Assembly (NCBI GenBank): GCA_030390025.1
Contig: CM059432.1
Coordinates: forward strand, 6,076,001-6,140,000
Length of the DNA: 64,000 nucleotides
DNA from: Squalus acanthias
Lineage: Eukaryota
Direction of reading: 5' to 3'
Both the position numbers and the translations under genes were made by a program. A model generated the notes under the pieces. That model was not told where the DNA came from, searched no databases, and saw nothing but the letters and a program-made list of their open reading frames with translations. Below, piece by piece: positions 26,425 through 39,233 of this stretch; the stretch's first letter is position 1, and the number at the start of each line of letters is the position of its first letter.

Positions 26425-28074
26425 AAGATCGAGTTCTGGAAAATGAAGTGGGGCAAGTGGAGCATGTTTCAGTGAGAGAGCATTTTGGGAACAGTGTTCA
26501 TATTATCATCAGGTTTAGAATAGTTATGGAAAAGGACAAGGTACAATCAAGCGTAAAAATACTTAACTGGAGGAGGGCTAACTTCAGCGAGTTGAAAAGG
26601 GATCTGGCGCAGGTGGATTCAAATCAAAAATTGGTAGGCAAAATTGAACAATGGGAGGCCTTCAAAGAGGAGATGGTTCAGGTACAGAGTAGACGCATTC
26701 CTATGAGGGGGAAAAGGAAGAGCATCCAAAGCTAGAGCTCCCTGAATGACTAAAGATATAGAGGTTAAAATGAGACAGAAAAAGGAGGCCTATGACAATT
26801 TTAAGGTTCATAATACAGTAGAGAACCAAGCTGAATATAGAAAGTACAGAGGAGATCTAAAAAAGGGAATGAGGGGCAAAGAGTGAGTATGAAAATAGAT
26901 TAGCAGCCAACATAAAAGGGAACCCAAAAGTCTTTTACAAACACATAAATAGTAAAAGGGTAGTCAAAGGAAGGGTAGGGCCGATTAGGGACCAAAAACA
27001 AGATCCTCTTGTGCAGGCTGAGGTACTAAATGAATACTTTGCATCTGTCTTCAGTAGAGAAGGGGATGCTCCCAATCTATCAGTAAAAGGAGGAAGGCAG
27101 CAGCGATATTGGTTACGATAAAAATAAAGAGGATGTACTTAAAAGGTTGGCAGTCCTCAAAGTAGAAAAGTCACCCATTCCAGATGGGATGCATCCTAGG
27201 TTACTGAGGGAAGGGTGGAAATTGGGGAGGCTCTGGCCACAATCTTATAATCCTCCTTGGACATGGGGGTAGTGCCAGAGGACCGGAGGATTGCAAATGT
27301 TACACCCCTGTTCAAAAAAGGGGAGAGGGATGAATCCAGCAACTACAGGCCAGTCAGCCCAACTTCAGTGGTGGAGAAACTTTGAGACAATAATCCAGAC
27401 AAAATTAATTGGCATTTGGAAAAGTATGGGTTAATAAATGAAAGTCAGCACGAATTTGTTAAAGGCAGATTTGTTAACTTGATCCAGTTCTTTGATGAAG
27501 TAACGGAGAGGGGTTGCAGTTCTGTGTATGGACTCTCAAAAGGGATTTGAGAAAATACCACAAAATAGACTTGGAAGCAAACTTAAAGCCCTGGGATTAA
27601 AGCGACATGGATAGAAAAATTGGCTAAGGGATAGAAAGCATAGAGTAGTGGTGAATGGTTCTTTTTCAGACTGGAGGGAAGTATGCAGTGATGTTCCCCA
27701 GGGGTCAGTATTAGGACCACTGCTCTTTTTGATATACATTAATGACCTGGACTTGGGTATAAAGGGCATAATTTCAACGTTTGCAGCAGATAGAAAACTC
27801 GGAAATGTAGTAAACAATGAGGAGGATAGTAACAGACTTCAGGAGGACAGACTGGTAAAATGGGCAGACACGTGGCAGATGAAATTTAACGCAGAGAAAT
27901 GTGAAGTGAATCGTTTGGTAGGAAGAATGAGGAGAGGCAATATAAACTAAATGGTACAACTTTAAAGAGGATGCAGGAAGAGAGAGACCTGGGGGTGTAC
28001 GTACACAAATCTTTGAAGGTGGCAGTGCAAGTTGATAAGGCTGTTAAAAAACAAATGGGACCCTTGGCTTTATT
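26425..28074 (+). mobile_element. Degenerate CR1 ORF2 fragment, truncated by the adjoining opposite-strand CR1
   Basis: ORFs 26448..26735 and 27648..27950 ([19 protein letters not shown]). Confidence 0.88.
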
Positions 28075-29775
28075 AAGAACATAAGAACTTGGAGCTGGAG
28101 TAGGCCACTTGGCCCTTCGAGCCTGCTCCGCCATTCAACAAGATCATGGCTGATCTTCTATCTCAACTCCACCTTCCCACACTATCCCCATATCCCTTAA
28201 TTCCCTTCGTCACCAAAAAATTATCAACTTCTGTCTTGAATATACTCTCAACGACTGAGCATCCACAGCTCTCTAGGGTAGAGAATTCCAAAGAGTCACA
28301 ACCCTTTGAGTGAAGACATTTCTCCTCATCTCAGTCCTAAATGGCCTACCCCTTATTCTGTGACTGTGACCCCGTGTTCTAGATTCCCCAGCCAGGGGAA
28401 ACATTTTCCCAGCATTAACCCTGTCAAGCCCCTTAAGAATTTTATATGTTTCAATTAGATCACCTCTCAATCTTCTAAGAAGGAATATAGGCCTAGTCTA
28501 CTCAATCTCTCGTCATAGGGCAATCCCCTCATCCTAGGAACCAGTCTAGTGAACCTTCGTTGCACTCCCTCTAAGGCAAGTATGTCTTTCCTGAGGTAAA
28601 GAGACCAGAACTTTACACAGTACTCCAGGTGTGACCTCACCAATGCCCTATATAATTGTAGGAAGACTTCTTTACTCTTATACTCTAATCCCTTTGTAAC
28701 AAAAGCTAACATACCATTTGCTTTCCTAATTGCTTGCTGTACCTGCATGTTAGCTTTCTGTGATTCATGTACAAGGACACCCAGGTCACTCTGAATGCAA
28801 ACATTTCCCAGTCTCTCACCATTCAAAAAAATATTCTGCTTTTTTGTTTTTCTTACCAAAGTGGATAACTTCACACTTCCCCACATTGTATTCCATTTGC
28901 CATGTTCTTGCCCACTCAGTCAACCTGTCTATATCTCTCTGCAGCCTCTTTGCGTCCTCCTCACAGATTACTTTCCCACTTAACTTTATATCAGCAGCAA
29001 ACTTGGATATGTTACACTCAGTCCCTTCATCCGAGTCATTAATATAGATTGTAAATAGCTGAGGCCCAAGCACTGATCCTTGCGGTACCCTGCTAGTTAC
29101 AGTCTGCTAACCTGAAAAAGTCCCATTTATTCCTACTCTCTGTTTTCTGTCCATTAACCAATCCTCAATCCATGCTAATATATTACCCCCAATCCCATGA
29201 GTTCTAATTTTGTGTCATAACCTCTTGTGTGGCACCTTATCGAATGCTTTTTGAAAATCCAAATACACTATATCTACTGGTTCCCCCCCTTATCCATCCT
29301 ACTAGTTACATCTTCAAAAAACTGACAGATTTGTCAAACATGATTTCCCTTTCATAAAACCATGTTTACTCTGCCTAATCATATTATGATTTTCTAAGTG
29401 CCCTGTTACCACATCCCTAATAATAGATTCTAGCATTTTGCCTACTACTGATGTCAGGCTAACTGGCCAATTGTTCCCCGTTTTTTCTCTTCCTCCTTTC
29501 TTAAATAGCGGGGATATGTTTGCTACCTTCCAATCCTTGGGAACTGTTCTAGAATCTAGGGAATTCTGGAAGATTAATACCAGTGCATCCACTATCTCTG
29601 CAGCTACCTCTTTTAAATCCCTAGGATTCAGGTCCAGAGCATTTGTCGTCACTTAGTCCCATTAATTTCTCCAGAACTATGTCTTTACTTATACTGATTT
29701 CATTAAGTTCCTCAACTAAGTTCCCCATTATTTCCGGAATGTTTTTTGTGTCTTCTACCGTGAAGACAGACACAA
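28074..29775 (-). mobile_element. CR1 3' portion, ending at a Harbinger insertion
   Basis: ORFs 28273..29652 with RT motifs. 3' tail at 28074-28160. Confidence 0.9.
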
Positions 29776-32267
29776 GGGGCTTGATTTTATCAGCCCTGAG
29801 GAGGCGGGTTTGGAGGCGGGTCAGGTGGTAAAATGGCTAAAAATGGCGGCGGGTTCCGATCCCGCCGTCAACCCGCCTCCGTGCAACTTTTCCAAAGGTG
29901 GGCTTGCAGACTCTCGTTCAGTCCCCCCACCAAGCGGCAGGATAGGCCCTTAAGGCAGTTAATTGGTTGTTAACTGCCTGTGTAATTCCTATTTTGCCTG
30001 CCGTTTTAAATTTTAGCACATTTTCAGGGTGTTCCACGTCGTTCCCAAACCACGCCAGCTAATTGTGTCGGGTTCATAAGTGGCTGGCTTCTTGACAGCT
30101 GCAGCTCCAGCATAAAAACGGAGCTCTCAACAAGGATCAGTTGCAGGTGGCAGAACTTTGTTTTTTCAGGTCCTGGAAAACTTTTTGCAGGTCTACTGAT
30201 CTTGGAAGTGGTGAAGCTGAGATCCATCTCCACTGTCACCTCCTGGGAAAACCCTCTCCCCACAATGACTGAGCGCTTTTTCAACAGAGACATCTACCAG
30301 CAGTATGTGAACCATTTATTTCCTTTCATCCTGGTCCTCAGATTCGGAGGGCGAGCAGCCGCGGCAGCAACAGAACCAGGCATAACAGCAGCACCAACAG
30401 CAGGAGCGGCAACCTCCTGCTAAGCCACCTGATGGTGCACAGGGCAGAAGGCTGCACCTCGCCGCAGGAGATACCCGCAACACAGGGTTTACAGGCCGAG
30501 GATGATCTTCCTCAACATGACTGAGCAGCAGTGCCAAAGGAGGCTGAGACTTTCACGAGAGGTAGTCGGTGACATCTGAGCAATGCTGCACCAACACCTG
30601 GAGCCCAGAGAGCGGGTGGACAACCCTTTACCAGTGGCTGTCAAAGTCACCACCGCCCTCAATTTCTTTCACTTCAGGGTCCTTCAGCAGACATCAGCGG
30701 CATCTCCCAGTTGGCCGCACACACTTGCATCATGCAGGTAACCGATGCCCTCTTTGCCAAGGCGCAAAATTATATACACTTCTCCACGGATCAAGCAAGT
30801 GTAACCGCGCTTGCGGTTGGCTTTGCAAATATGGCAGGCTTGCCAAGGGTGCAGGACGTCGTAGACTGCACACGTGGCCCTTAGGGCACCCCATCACAAC
30901 CCAGCTGTTTCTGTCAACTGCAAGGGCTTCCACTCCCTCAACGTGCAGCTGGTGTGTAACCACAGGAAGGACATTTTGCATGTTTGCGCAAAGTACCCTG
31001 GCAGTTGTCATGACTCGTTCATCCTGCGCCAGTCTAGTGTGCCTCCGCTCTTCAATCCGCCAAACCAACTTTCCAGGTGGCTACTCGGAGACAAGGGCTA
31101 TCCCCTGAAGACGTGGCTGATGACGCCATTGAGGAGGCCATCTAACGAAGCTGAGGAGCGCTGCAATGCCAGCCACATTTCCACCAGATCCATTTTCAAG
31201 CAAACCATCAGATGCCTTGATAGATCAGGTGGAGCCCTACAGTATTCAGCAGCCAGGGTCTCCAGAATCATCGTGGTCTGCTGTGCACTGCACAACATCA
31301 TAGCTTGCAGCTGCCTGAGGAACAAGTGGCTCAGCGCATAGCCTCCTCAGATGAGGAGGAGGAGGAGGAGGGCCTTGCAGAGGCGGATGCGCCAGTTCCA
31401 GCAGCACGCGAGCACATTGCTGCCCGTGATGCAAGGGATTCACTAATCTTTGCCAGATTCGCTTAAGCAGACAAATCAAACAAATGTGGCTGGCACCTTC
31501 TTAGCACACCATACATAATGTACAAGAACCTGTGGGTTCCTATCACTCTGACCACCATCATTCCGAGATCACACAGGCCAGAACTTCAACTGTTTGCCAT
31601 CACTTCTGTTTAATCCATTCACAAAAGGATGACAATGTCAAATATTAAAGAAAACAAAAGACAACAGAACAGAACACCCAAGTGACTACCCTTGTGACTA
31701 ATTGTGCTTTATCTTCCTCTTACGCGTGCTTCTACGTGGTGCCTCCCCTGTGGCTTCAGCAGATGTGGAGGCACCTTGCTCACTTTCATGCTGCTCCTGC
31801 TTCGACACCTTTGGCGGGCGTCCTCTGTGTTTGCGAGCCTGTGAGGGCTTGGCAACAGTCTGCTCCTCCTGCGTCTGTGCAGGGACTGAGACGCCCATCT
31901 CAGTTGGGTGAGGACTCTGGTGGGGCTCTGACCAAGAGCTACTCAGTGGCATGAGAATGTGAGCACTTGGAGAGCAGCCCCCACTTCCTTGTTGCCTGCC
32001 ACCAACATCCCTCTCATGGGTCAGCCCCACTTCAGTGCTAGCAAGTGGCTGGACAGCATCTTGCTATACATCAGGGGGGCCATGAGGACCCATATCTGCA
32101 CTGGCAGTCCTACTCAAAAGGACTTCCATGAAGCTCTGGTTTCTCTGCACAATAGCTCCTCCAGAGATGTCAGTCTATTCTGAACATTCACCATGTTTTC
32201 CTGACTGGCGACTTATTTCCTCCATGGCCGTAGTCAGCCTTTCCACGGAGGTCGCCATCCTTTCCAT
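29776..32267 (+). mobile_element. Decayed autonomous Harbinger/PIF transposon, right end lost
   Basis: Left terminus ggggcttgatttt homologous to the 9276 MITE. Plus-strand transposase. A convergent minus-strand ORF remnant (31698-32267) sits where the Myb/SANT gene is expected. Confidence 0.85.
30300..31468 (+). pseudogene. Harbinger (HARBI1-like, DDE_Tnp_4-type) transposase pseudogene
   Basis: [50 protein letters not shown] and CCALHN motifs, with stops, frameshifts and deletions. Confidence 0.88.
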
Positions 32268-33497
32268 GGTTCCACCACAAACCCAATTCACGTACGAACC
32301 GGGGTCAAGCAAGGCTGTGTCATCGCTCCAACGCTCTTCTCGATCTTCCTTGCTGCAATGCTCCATCTCACCCTCAGTGAGCTCCCCACTGGAGGGGAGC
32401 TAATTTACACAACAAACGGGAAACTGTTCAACCTCCGTCGCCTCCAGTCCAGATCCAAGGTCATCCCATCCTCTGTCGTCGAATTACAGTATGCAGACGA
32501 CGCTTGCGTCTGCGCTCACTCGGAGGTCGAACTCCAAACCATCGTCAACACCTTCACCGAAGCGTACGAGAGCATGGGCCTTACACTAAACATCCGTAAG
32601 ACAAAGGTCCTCTACCAACCTGCCCCTGCCACACAGTACTGCCCCCCGATTATCAAAATCCACGACAAGGCCTTGGACAACGTGGACTACTTTCCATACC
32701 TCGGGAGCCTACGGTCAACAAGGGCAGACGTCGACGACGAAGTCCAACACCGCCTTCAGTGTGCCAGTGCAGCCTTCGGTCGCCTGAGGAAAAGAGTGTT
32801 TGAAGACCAGGATCTCAAACCCGGCACTAAGCTCATGGTCTCCAGAGCAGCAGTGATACCCGCCCTGCTGTATGCCTCACAGGCATGGACCATGTACAGC
32901 AGGCACCTCAAAGCACTGGAGAGGTACCACCAACGCTGCCTCCGCAAGATCCTGCAAATCCATTGGCAGGATAGGTGCACCAACGTCAGTGTTCTCGCTC
33001 AGGCCAACATCCCCAGCATCGAAGCTTTGACCACGCTTGATCAGCTCCGATGGACGGGTCACATTGTCCGCATGCCTAATACAAGACTCCCAAAACAAGT
33101 GCTCTACTCAGAGCTCCGGCACGGCAAGAGAGCCCCAGGTGGGCAGAGGAAACGCTTCAAGGACACCCTCAAAGCCTCCTTGAAAAAGTGTAACATCCCC
33201 ACCGACACCTGGGAATCCCTGGCGCAAGACTGCACAAAGTGGAGGAGAAGCATCCGGGAAGGCGCCGAACACCTCAAGTCTCTTCGCCGGGAGCAAGCGG
33301 AAGCCAAGCGCAGGCAGCGCAAGGAGCGCACGTCAACCCAAGCACCCCACCCACCCGCCCTTTCAACCACCGTCTGCCCCACCTGTGACAGAGACTGTAG
33401 GTCCCACATTGGACTCATCAGTCACCTGAGAACTCATTTTTAATGTGGAAGCAAGTCATCCTCGGTTCCGAGGGACTGCCTAAGAAGAAGAGAAGAT
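32268..33497 (+). mobile_element. RTE-clade LINE, 5'-truncated, open frame 32268-33443
   Basis: GVKQGCVIAPTLF, LQYADD, YLGS, QLRWTGH, C-terminal CPTC...HLRTH zinc finger, short 3' UTR and a (GAA)n tail. Confidence 0.92.
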
Positions 33498-33539
33498 ACA
33501 GTTCTAGCATAACTTCCCTGCTATTATATTCTATGCTAT

Positions 33540-33775
33540 CCCTGGTGTCCTGGCCAATATTTATCCCTCAATCAACATCACTAAAACAGATGATCTGGTC
33601 ATTATCACATTGCTGTTTGTGGGAACTTGCTGTGCGCAAATTGGCTGCCGCGTTTCCTACATTACATCACAACTTTAACTACACTTCAAAAAGTACTTCA
33701 TTAGCTGTAAAGCACCTTGGGATGACCGGTGGTTGTGAAAGGCGCTATATAAATGCATGTCTTTCTCTCTTCTTT
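33540..33775 (+). mobile_element. DeuSINE 3' half
   Basis: Homologous to 3360-3570. Confidence 0.78.
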
Positions 33776-35678
33776 CAACAGAATACAGACATCAGCGCAG
33801 CATTTTTTTTTTAAAAGGGCTCCACTCAAGAAATGTCCACACCCACACATAAAACACATTTGTGTACTGCATCGGCTCCACTCATTCTCCGTGTACGAGT
33901 AAAAAAAAAGCACCGCCCACTCACTCTCAAGTTCAACCAAAAGGCAACTAAACACAGGGGACCACAGCTACCATTTGTTGTTTGATGTGGTAATCACACA
34001 ATACCAAGTTGCAATAACTGGAATGCACAACACCACTGGAAGCCAAAATTATAGGAGACAAAAAAAAATTGATCTTTCAGATTCATAGTAAGATACAACA
34101 ATAACAAACTCCACATGTAACCAGATCAACTGGAATCATAAGGAGCACATCCCAGCATAATCATTTGCAAAGCTCGAAGAACCGCAAAAATGTAACAATA
34201 TTGTTTGCTTCCACTGAAATAAAAATTGTCATTTAAATTATTCAGTGCATTTATAGTTCTAAGTCTACAGATCACAATTTGAAATTTCATGTCCGCAGCT
34301 TAATGACTGCTCTAATCATGGTAATGTAGCTCTTGTGTCTTGTACAACATTACATGACATTGAAATAACTTTACTGAATAATGTGAAACAGTTATTAGTT
34401 TTGGACCCCTTAAATAGACAATTTACAAATTGCATTGTGCTTTTGAGAAATAAGTTATATAAAAATGTGTAAGATAATGAATGGGAAGACTGATGAAATA
34501 GGATTAGAGCCATACTCATGTATATGTATAAATTTCATACTATACTTTAGCATGGTTGCTTGCCATTAACAAATTTACAAAATGACTGAAGTAATTCTGC
34601 AGAATAATTGTGTAATAAACCAATTTAGCAGTAAAGACAAAATGCAACATTTTCTTGTTTACCTGAAATTGAATTGATACACAGTAAAGATTTTAAAAAT
34701 AATTATTTTAAGATTAAATTAAATCAAAAATATTCTTAAACAGTCACCAACTAAGAAGATACAGTGTAAGACCAGTGTTTGTGCTCAAGTAGATTAGGGG
34801 CAAACTAGATTAGTCTCTTCTGTATGAAGCAGAACCCATTGCAAACAACAGGATCAGATTACCAAATTATCATACCAACAAGCATTAATAAGCATGCCAC
34901 ACAGCATTAATGTGGAATTGGCAAAGCAATAGACTTAACAAAATAAAGGAAACTTCCTCTAATCAAGAATAAATCAATTTCTGCAATACAGCATAAAAAT
35001 TCAAAGGCTGATAAGATTATTATTAACATCTGTACAGCATTCCTGCTTTAAAATGCTAAATCACGCATAGCAAAAATGAAAGCAGAGGAAACTACTGACA
35101 GGGAATATCACTTCAGAGTCCTTCACTAAAAAGTGAATTTCATCTGTCCCAAAACAAAGCTTCACTTTTAATCAAACAGATTATTTACAGCAGGTGAAAG
35201 CTTTCCAACTTTTACATTTACAATAATAAACTGTAAAAGAAAAACAATTGATCAAGAAGAATCACAACTGTAGCTTGTTTTTTAACATACTACACATTTT
35301 GTATTTTAATATAAGAAACATAAGAATTAGGAGCCGGAGTAGTCCATACGGCCCCTTGAGCCTGCTCCGCCATTCAGTAAGATCATGGCTGATCTTCTAC
35401 ATCAATTCCACTTTACATCCCTATCCCGATATCCCTTGATTCCTTAAGTGCCCAAAAATTTATTGATCATGGTCTTGAATATACTCATCGATTGAACATC
35501 CACAGCCCCCTAGGGTAGAGAATGCCAAAGATTCACAACCCTCAGTGAAGAAATTTCTCCTCATCTCAGTCCTTAATGGCCGACCCCTTATCTGTGACTA
35601 TGATCATAGTTCTTGACTCTCCAGCCAGGGGAAGCAGCCTCTCAGCATCTACCCTGTCAAGCCCTCTAAGAATTTATT

Positions 35679-36421
35679 GGCCGAGAAATTCCGTTCCCTA
35701 CGGGTGTGTACGCGCTGTGTACTCACCCGTATGGCCAACGGAAGTGCCGGTTTTACGCATGCACTGTGCATGCGCTGGAAACCGGAACTTCCGTTCTCTG
35801 CAGAAAGGGCTTCACAGGTCAAACGCCTGCGCCGGATAGGCAGTGCGTACGGCAGAAACTTCCATTTTTTTCCACAGTTGCTTGAGTCCAGGTAAGTCGG
35901 GAACAGCTGCGCCTAGAAAAGCAGGCGCAAGGCCTGCTTTTACCAGGCTAATAGTTTAAGAAAGTAAAAAAAAATGTTTTTCCTCTGATTTATCATTTTA
36001 AAATACTTTAAAGAAAGGTAAGTTTATTTTTAGCTCCGTTAAAAACTTAATTTAAAATTTTTGTTTAAAATAGTTAATTTATGTAATTTATAGTCATTTT
36101 AAAAATGTGATGTTTTTTTAAAATTTATTTGAAATTTTACTTATGTTTTGGGGCTGATCTCTATTCATAGATTTGACAGGTCTTCCTGTCAAATTTCTGA
36201 ATGGAGATTCCCTGCTCTGATTGGCTCCCCATGGCCCACGTGATCCCAGGGACACTGCGAACTAGCTGCGCCCCTGGGATACGCGTGCCCTGCACACCGG
36301 CAGTTTGAAGAGGCACAGCAACGGAATTCTGCACCTCCCGGGAGCCCTCCGGTCCAGGCGCAGATTTTTCCAAATCGCAGCCCTCCGCCCGCGGGAGGGC
36401 TGCGAACGGAATTTCTGGGCC
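35679..36421. mobile_element. 743-bp MITE (probably Harbinger-type)
   Basis: ~18-bp TIR ggccgagaaattccgttc / gaacggaatttctgggcc. Probable TAT TSD. AT-rich centre. Interrupts the CR1 at IETY|KIL. Confidence 0.75.
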
Positions 36422-36863
36422 TATATGTTTCAATGAGATCACCTCTCATTCTTCTGAACTCCAAAGAATATATGCAAATTCTACTCAATCTCTCCTCATA
36501 GGACAGCCCTCTCAGCCCAGAAATCAATCTAGTGAACCTTCGTTGCATCCCCTCCAAGACATGTATATCCTTCCTTAGGTAAGGAGACCAAATCTGTACA
36601 CAGTACTCGAGGCATGGTCTCATCAAAACCCTATATAATTGCAGCAAGACTTCCTTACTCTTATACTCCAATCCCCTTGCAATAAATGCTAACATACCAT
36701 TTGCCTTCCTAATTGCTTGCTGTACCTTAATGTTAACTTTGTGTACAAGGACCCCCAAATCCCTCTGAATACCAACATTTATTAGACTCTCACCTTTTAA
36801 AAAATATTCTGCTTTTCCATTCTTCCTGCCAAAGTGGATAATTTCACACTTCCCCATATTATA

Positions 36864-36912
36864 GCAGGCTCGAGGGCCTTATGGCCTACTCCTGCTCCTA
36901 ATTCTTATGTTC
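36864..36912 (+). mobile_element. 49-bp extreme 5'-truncated CR1 tail insertion
   Basis: gcaggctcgagggccttatggcctactcctgctcctaattcttatgttc in opposite orientation to the host CR1, with flanking tata duplication. Confidence 0.75.
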
Positions 36913-39233
36913 TATATTCCATCTGCCACTTTCTTGCCCAATCACCTAACCAGTCTCTATCCCTTTGCAGCCTCTTTGCATCCTCCTCACAACTTACTTT
37001 CCCACCTAGCTTTGTATCACAGCAAAATTGGATACTTTACACTCGGTCCCCTCATCCAAGTTAAATGATATACATTGTAAATAGCTGAGGCCCAAGCATG
37101 AGCCTTACGGCACTTCACTAGTTACAACCCGCCATCCTGAAAATGGCCTAGTTTATTCCTACTCTCTGTTTTCTGTCCACTAACAAATCCTCAATCCATG
37201 CTAATATATTACCCCCATCCCATGAGCCCTAATCTTGTGTAACAATCTCTTGTGTGGCACCTTATCGAATGCCTTCTGAAAATCCAAATATACTACATCC
37301 ATTGGTTACCCCTTATCTACCCTGTTAGTTACACCCTCAAAAAACTCTAATAGATTTATCAAACAATTTCCCTTTCATAAAACTGCATTGACTCTGCCTA
37401 ATCATAGTGATTTGTCCTATTACCACGTCGTTAATAGATTCTAGCATTTTCCCTACAACTGATGTCAGGCTAACTGGCCGAAAGTTCCCTGTTTTCTCTC
37501 TCTCCTTTCTTGAACAGCAGGATTACATTTGCTACCTTCCAATCCACGGGGACCATTCTGGAATCTAGGGAATTCTGGAAGATCAAAACCAATGCATCCA
37601 CTATCTCTGCAGCCACCTCTTTTAAAACCCTAGAGTATAGGCCATCAGGTCCAGAGGATTTGTCAGCTTTTAGTCCCATTAATTTCTCCAGTACTTTTTA
37701 TTTACTAATATTAATTCAAGTTCCATACTCTCATTAGACCCTTGGTTCTCCACAATTTCCAGTATATTCTTTGTGTCTTCTACTGTGACTGTCAAGAATT
37801 TTAATAAAGTGATCACAACAAAATTTGTCCCCCTGAAAAACACCTCATACCCCTTGTATTGGAAAGTCTTTGGTCTCATTTTTCTATCTATGAACAGCAA
37901 GAGATAAAACATAGAAACAGGGTGCTGTGCAGGCAGTTACGTTTTTTGGGATCAGAAGACAGCGAAGCAACGAGTCGTCAAAAAAGCTGAAAAAAAGATA
38001 CAAGGCAAGGGGAGTTAGAAATCAGTTTGCGTAAGTAATGCATTACCCAATAATAAGAGGAAGTGTTGTAATACTGTATAAATAATGAATTTGCGTGAAG
38101 AAAAGTTGTACTAATTGAACCTGATCATAACTGTTGCTCTGTATGTTTATTAACTGTAAAGTAAAGTGGCTTAATAATTTGTACCAAGCCTCTTCGCACC
38201 AAGTGTTTTCTCAGTCCTTCTGTGGAGAAATTGAGTAAGTGTGAAAACCATAAATATGCAGTCCTGGTTATAAGGGAGGGGGCGGGTGCGTGCGTCGGGA
38301 GGGCGGGGAGTGGGGGAGGTTATTGTTACACCCCAGGTAACACTACTTTGCAAGTATATATAGGACAGCAAGAGTCAATTTCCACAAAAGTAAGATGCCC
38401 AGACTGCTTACAGAAGCAACTGACGTCACAAAACCCAAGAATGTAGCAACAACAGACTCGAATTTGTAACACTCCTCCTCTCTCTCATATACAATTACAT
38501 ATGGCGAGTATATGTACATCATCCTGGTGTGCCATTTTTATATATCTTCTAACTCCTGTTCCAAGCAACGTCTACCTGTATTAGGGGAATTGTTCCACCG
38601 AAGTGCGCTGTGCTGCAGTGATGTAGGCTGTGGTAAGCAGAAAAAGACCAAGAGAAAAAAGTAACACATAATGGAGAGGAAAGGAAACTAACGGGAGGAA
38701 AAACCTAACGTCCCTTTTCTGTTGAATTGGAAGAAGATTTGGCAGTTCCGAACAATGATTTCTGAAGTGAGTTTACACCATATGGAGATAAATTTGTTAT
38801 GAAATATCACAAGTAAGCAATAATCTCACCTCCGTCTCTTTGTTAAGTGTCTCTTTTTGATCTCACTCTCTGAGATAAGCCAAGTCTACTTATATTCCTC
38901 AATCTCCTGCAACTTTATTCTTAGATACTTCAGCGCTATTCACATAGTTCATCTGTCTACTTTTCTTCCTGTGTGTGGTTTATATTTCTCTATATTAAAT
39001 TTCATCGACCACTAACCTATCCACTTACATATTTTGTAGATCTGTGGCTGCCTCTGCAAATTTTACTAGCCCTCCCCAGGTTGGTATCATATGCTAACTT
39101 TGCCAGTTTGCATTAAGTTTCTGAACCCATGTCACTAATGTAGAAACAATAGGAGTCCCAACATTAATCTGGTCTTTGAAGTATTTGATTAATTATATCG
39201 CAACCATTTTATGCAGCAGCTATCTGCAAGTTG

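Larger units (their letters stand above)
35311..37788 (-). mobile_element. CR1 3' portion with two nested insertions
   Basis: ORFs 36189..36857 and 37470..37679, plus the 3' tail. Contains a MITE at 35679-36421 and a CR1 tail piece at 36864-36912. Confidence 0.9.

Noticed and set aside
30300..31468. Host gene HARBI1
   Set aside because: Multiple stops, frameshifts and deletions, with an adjacent TIR, inside a CR1.
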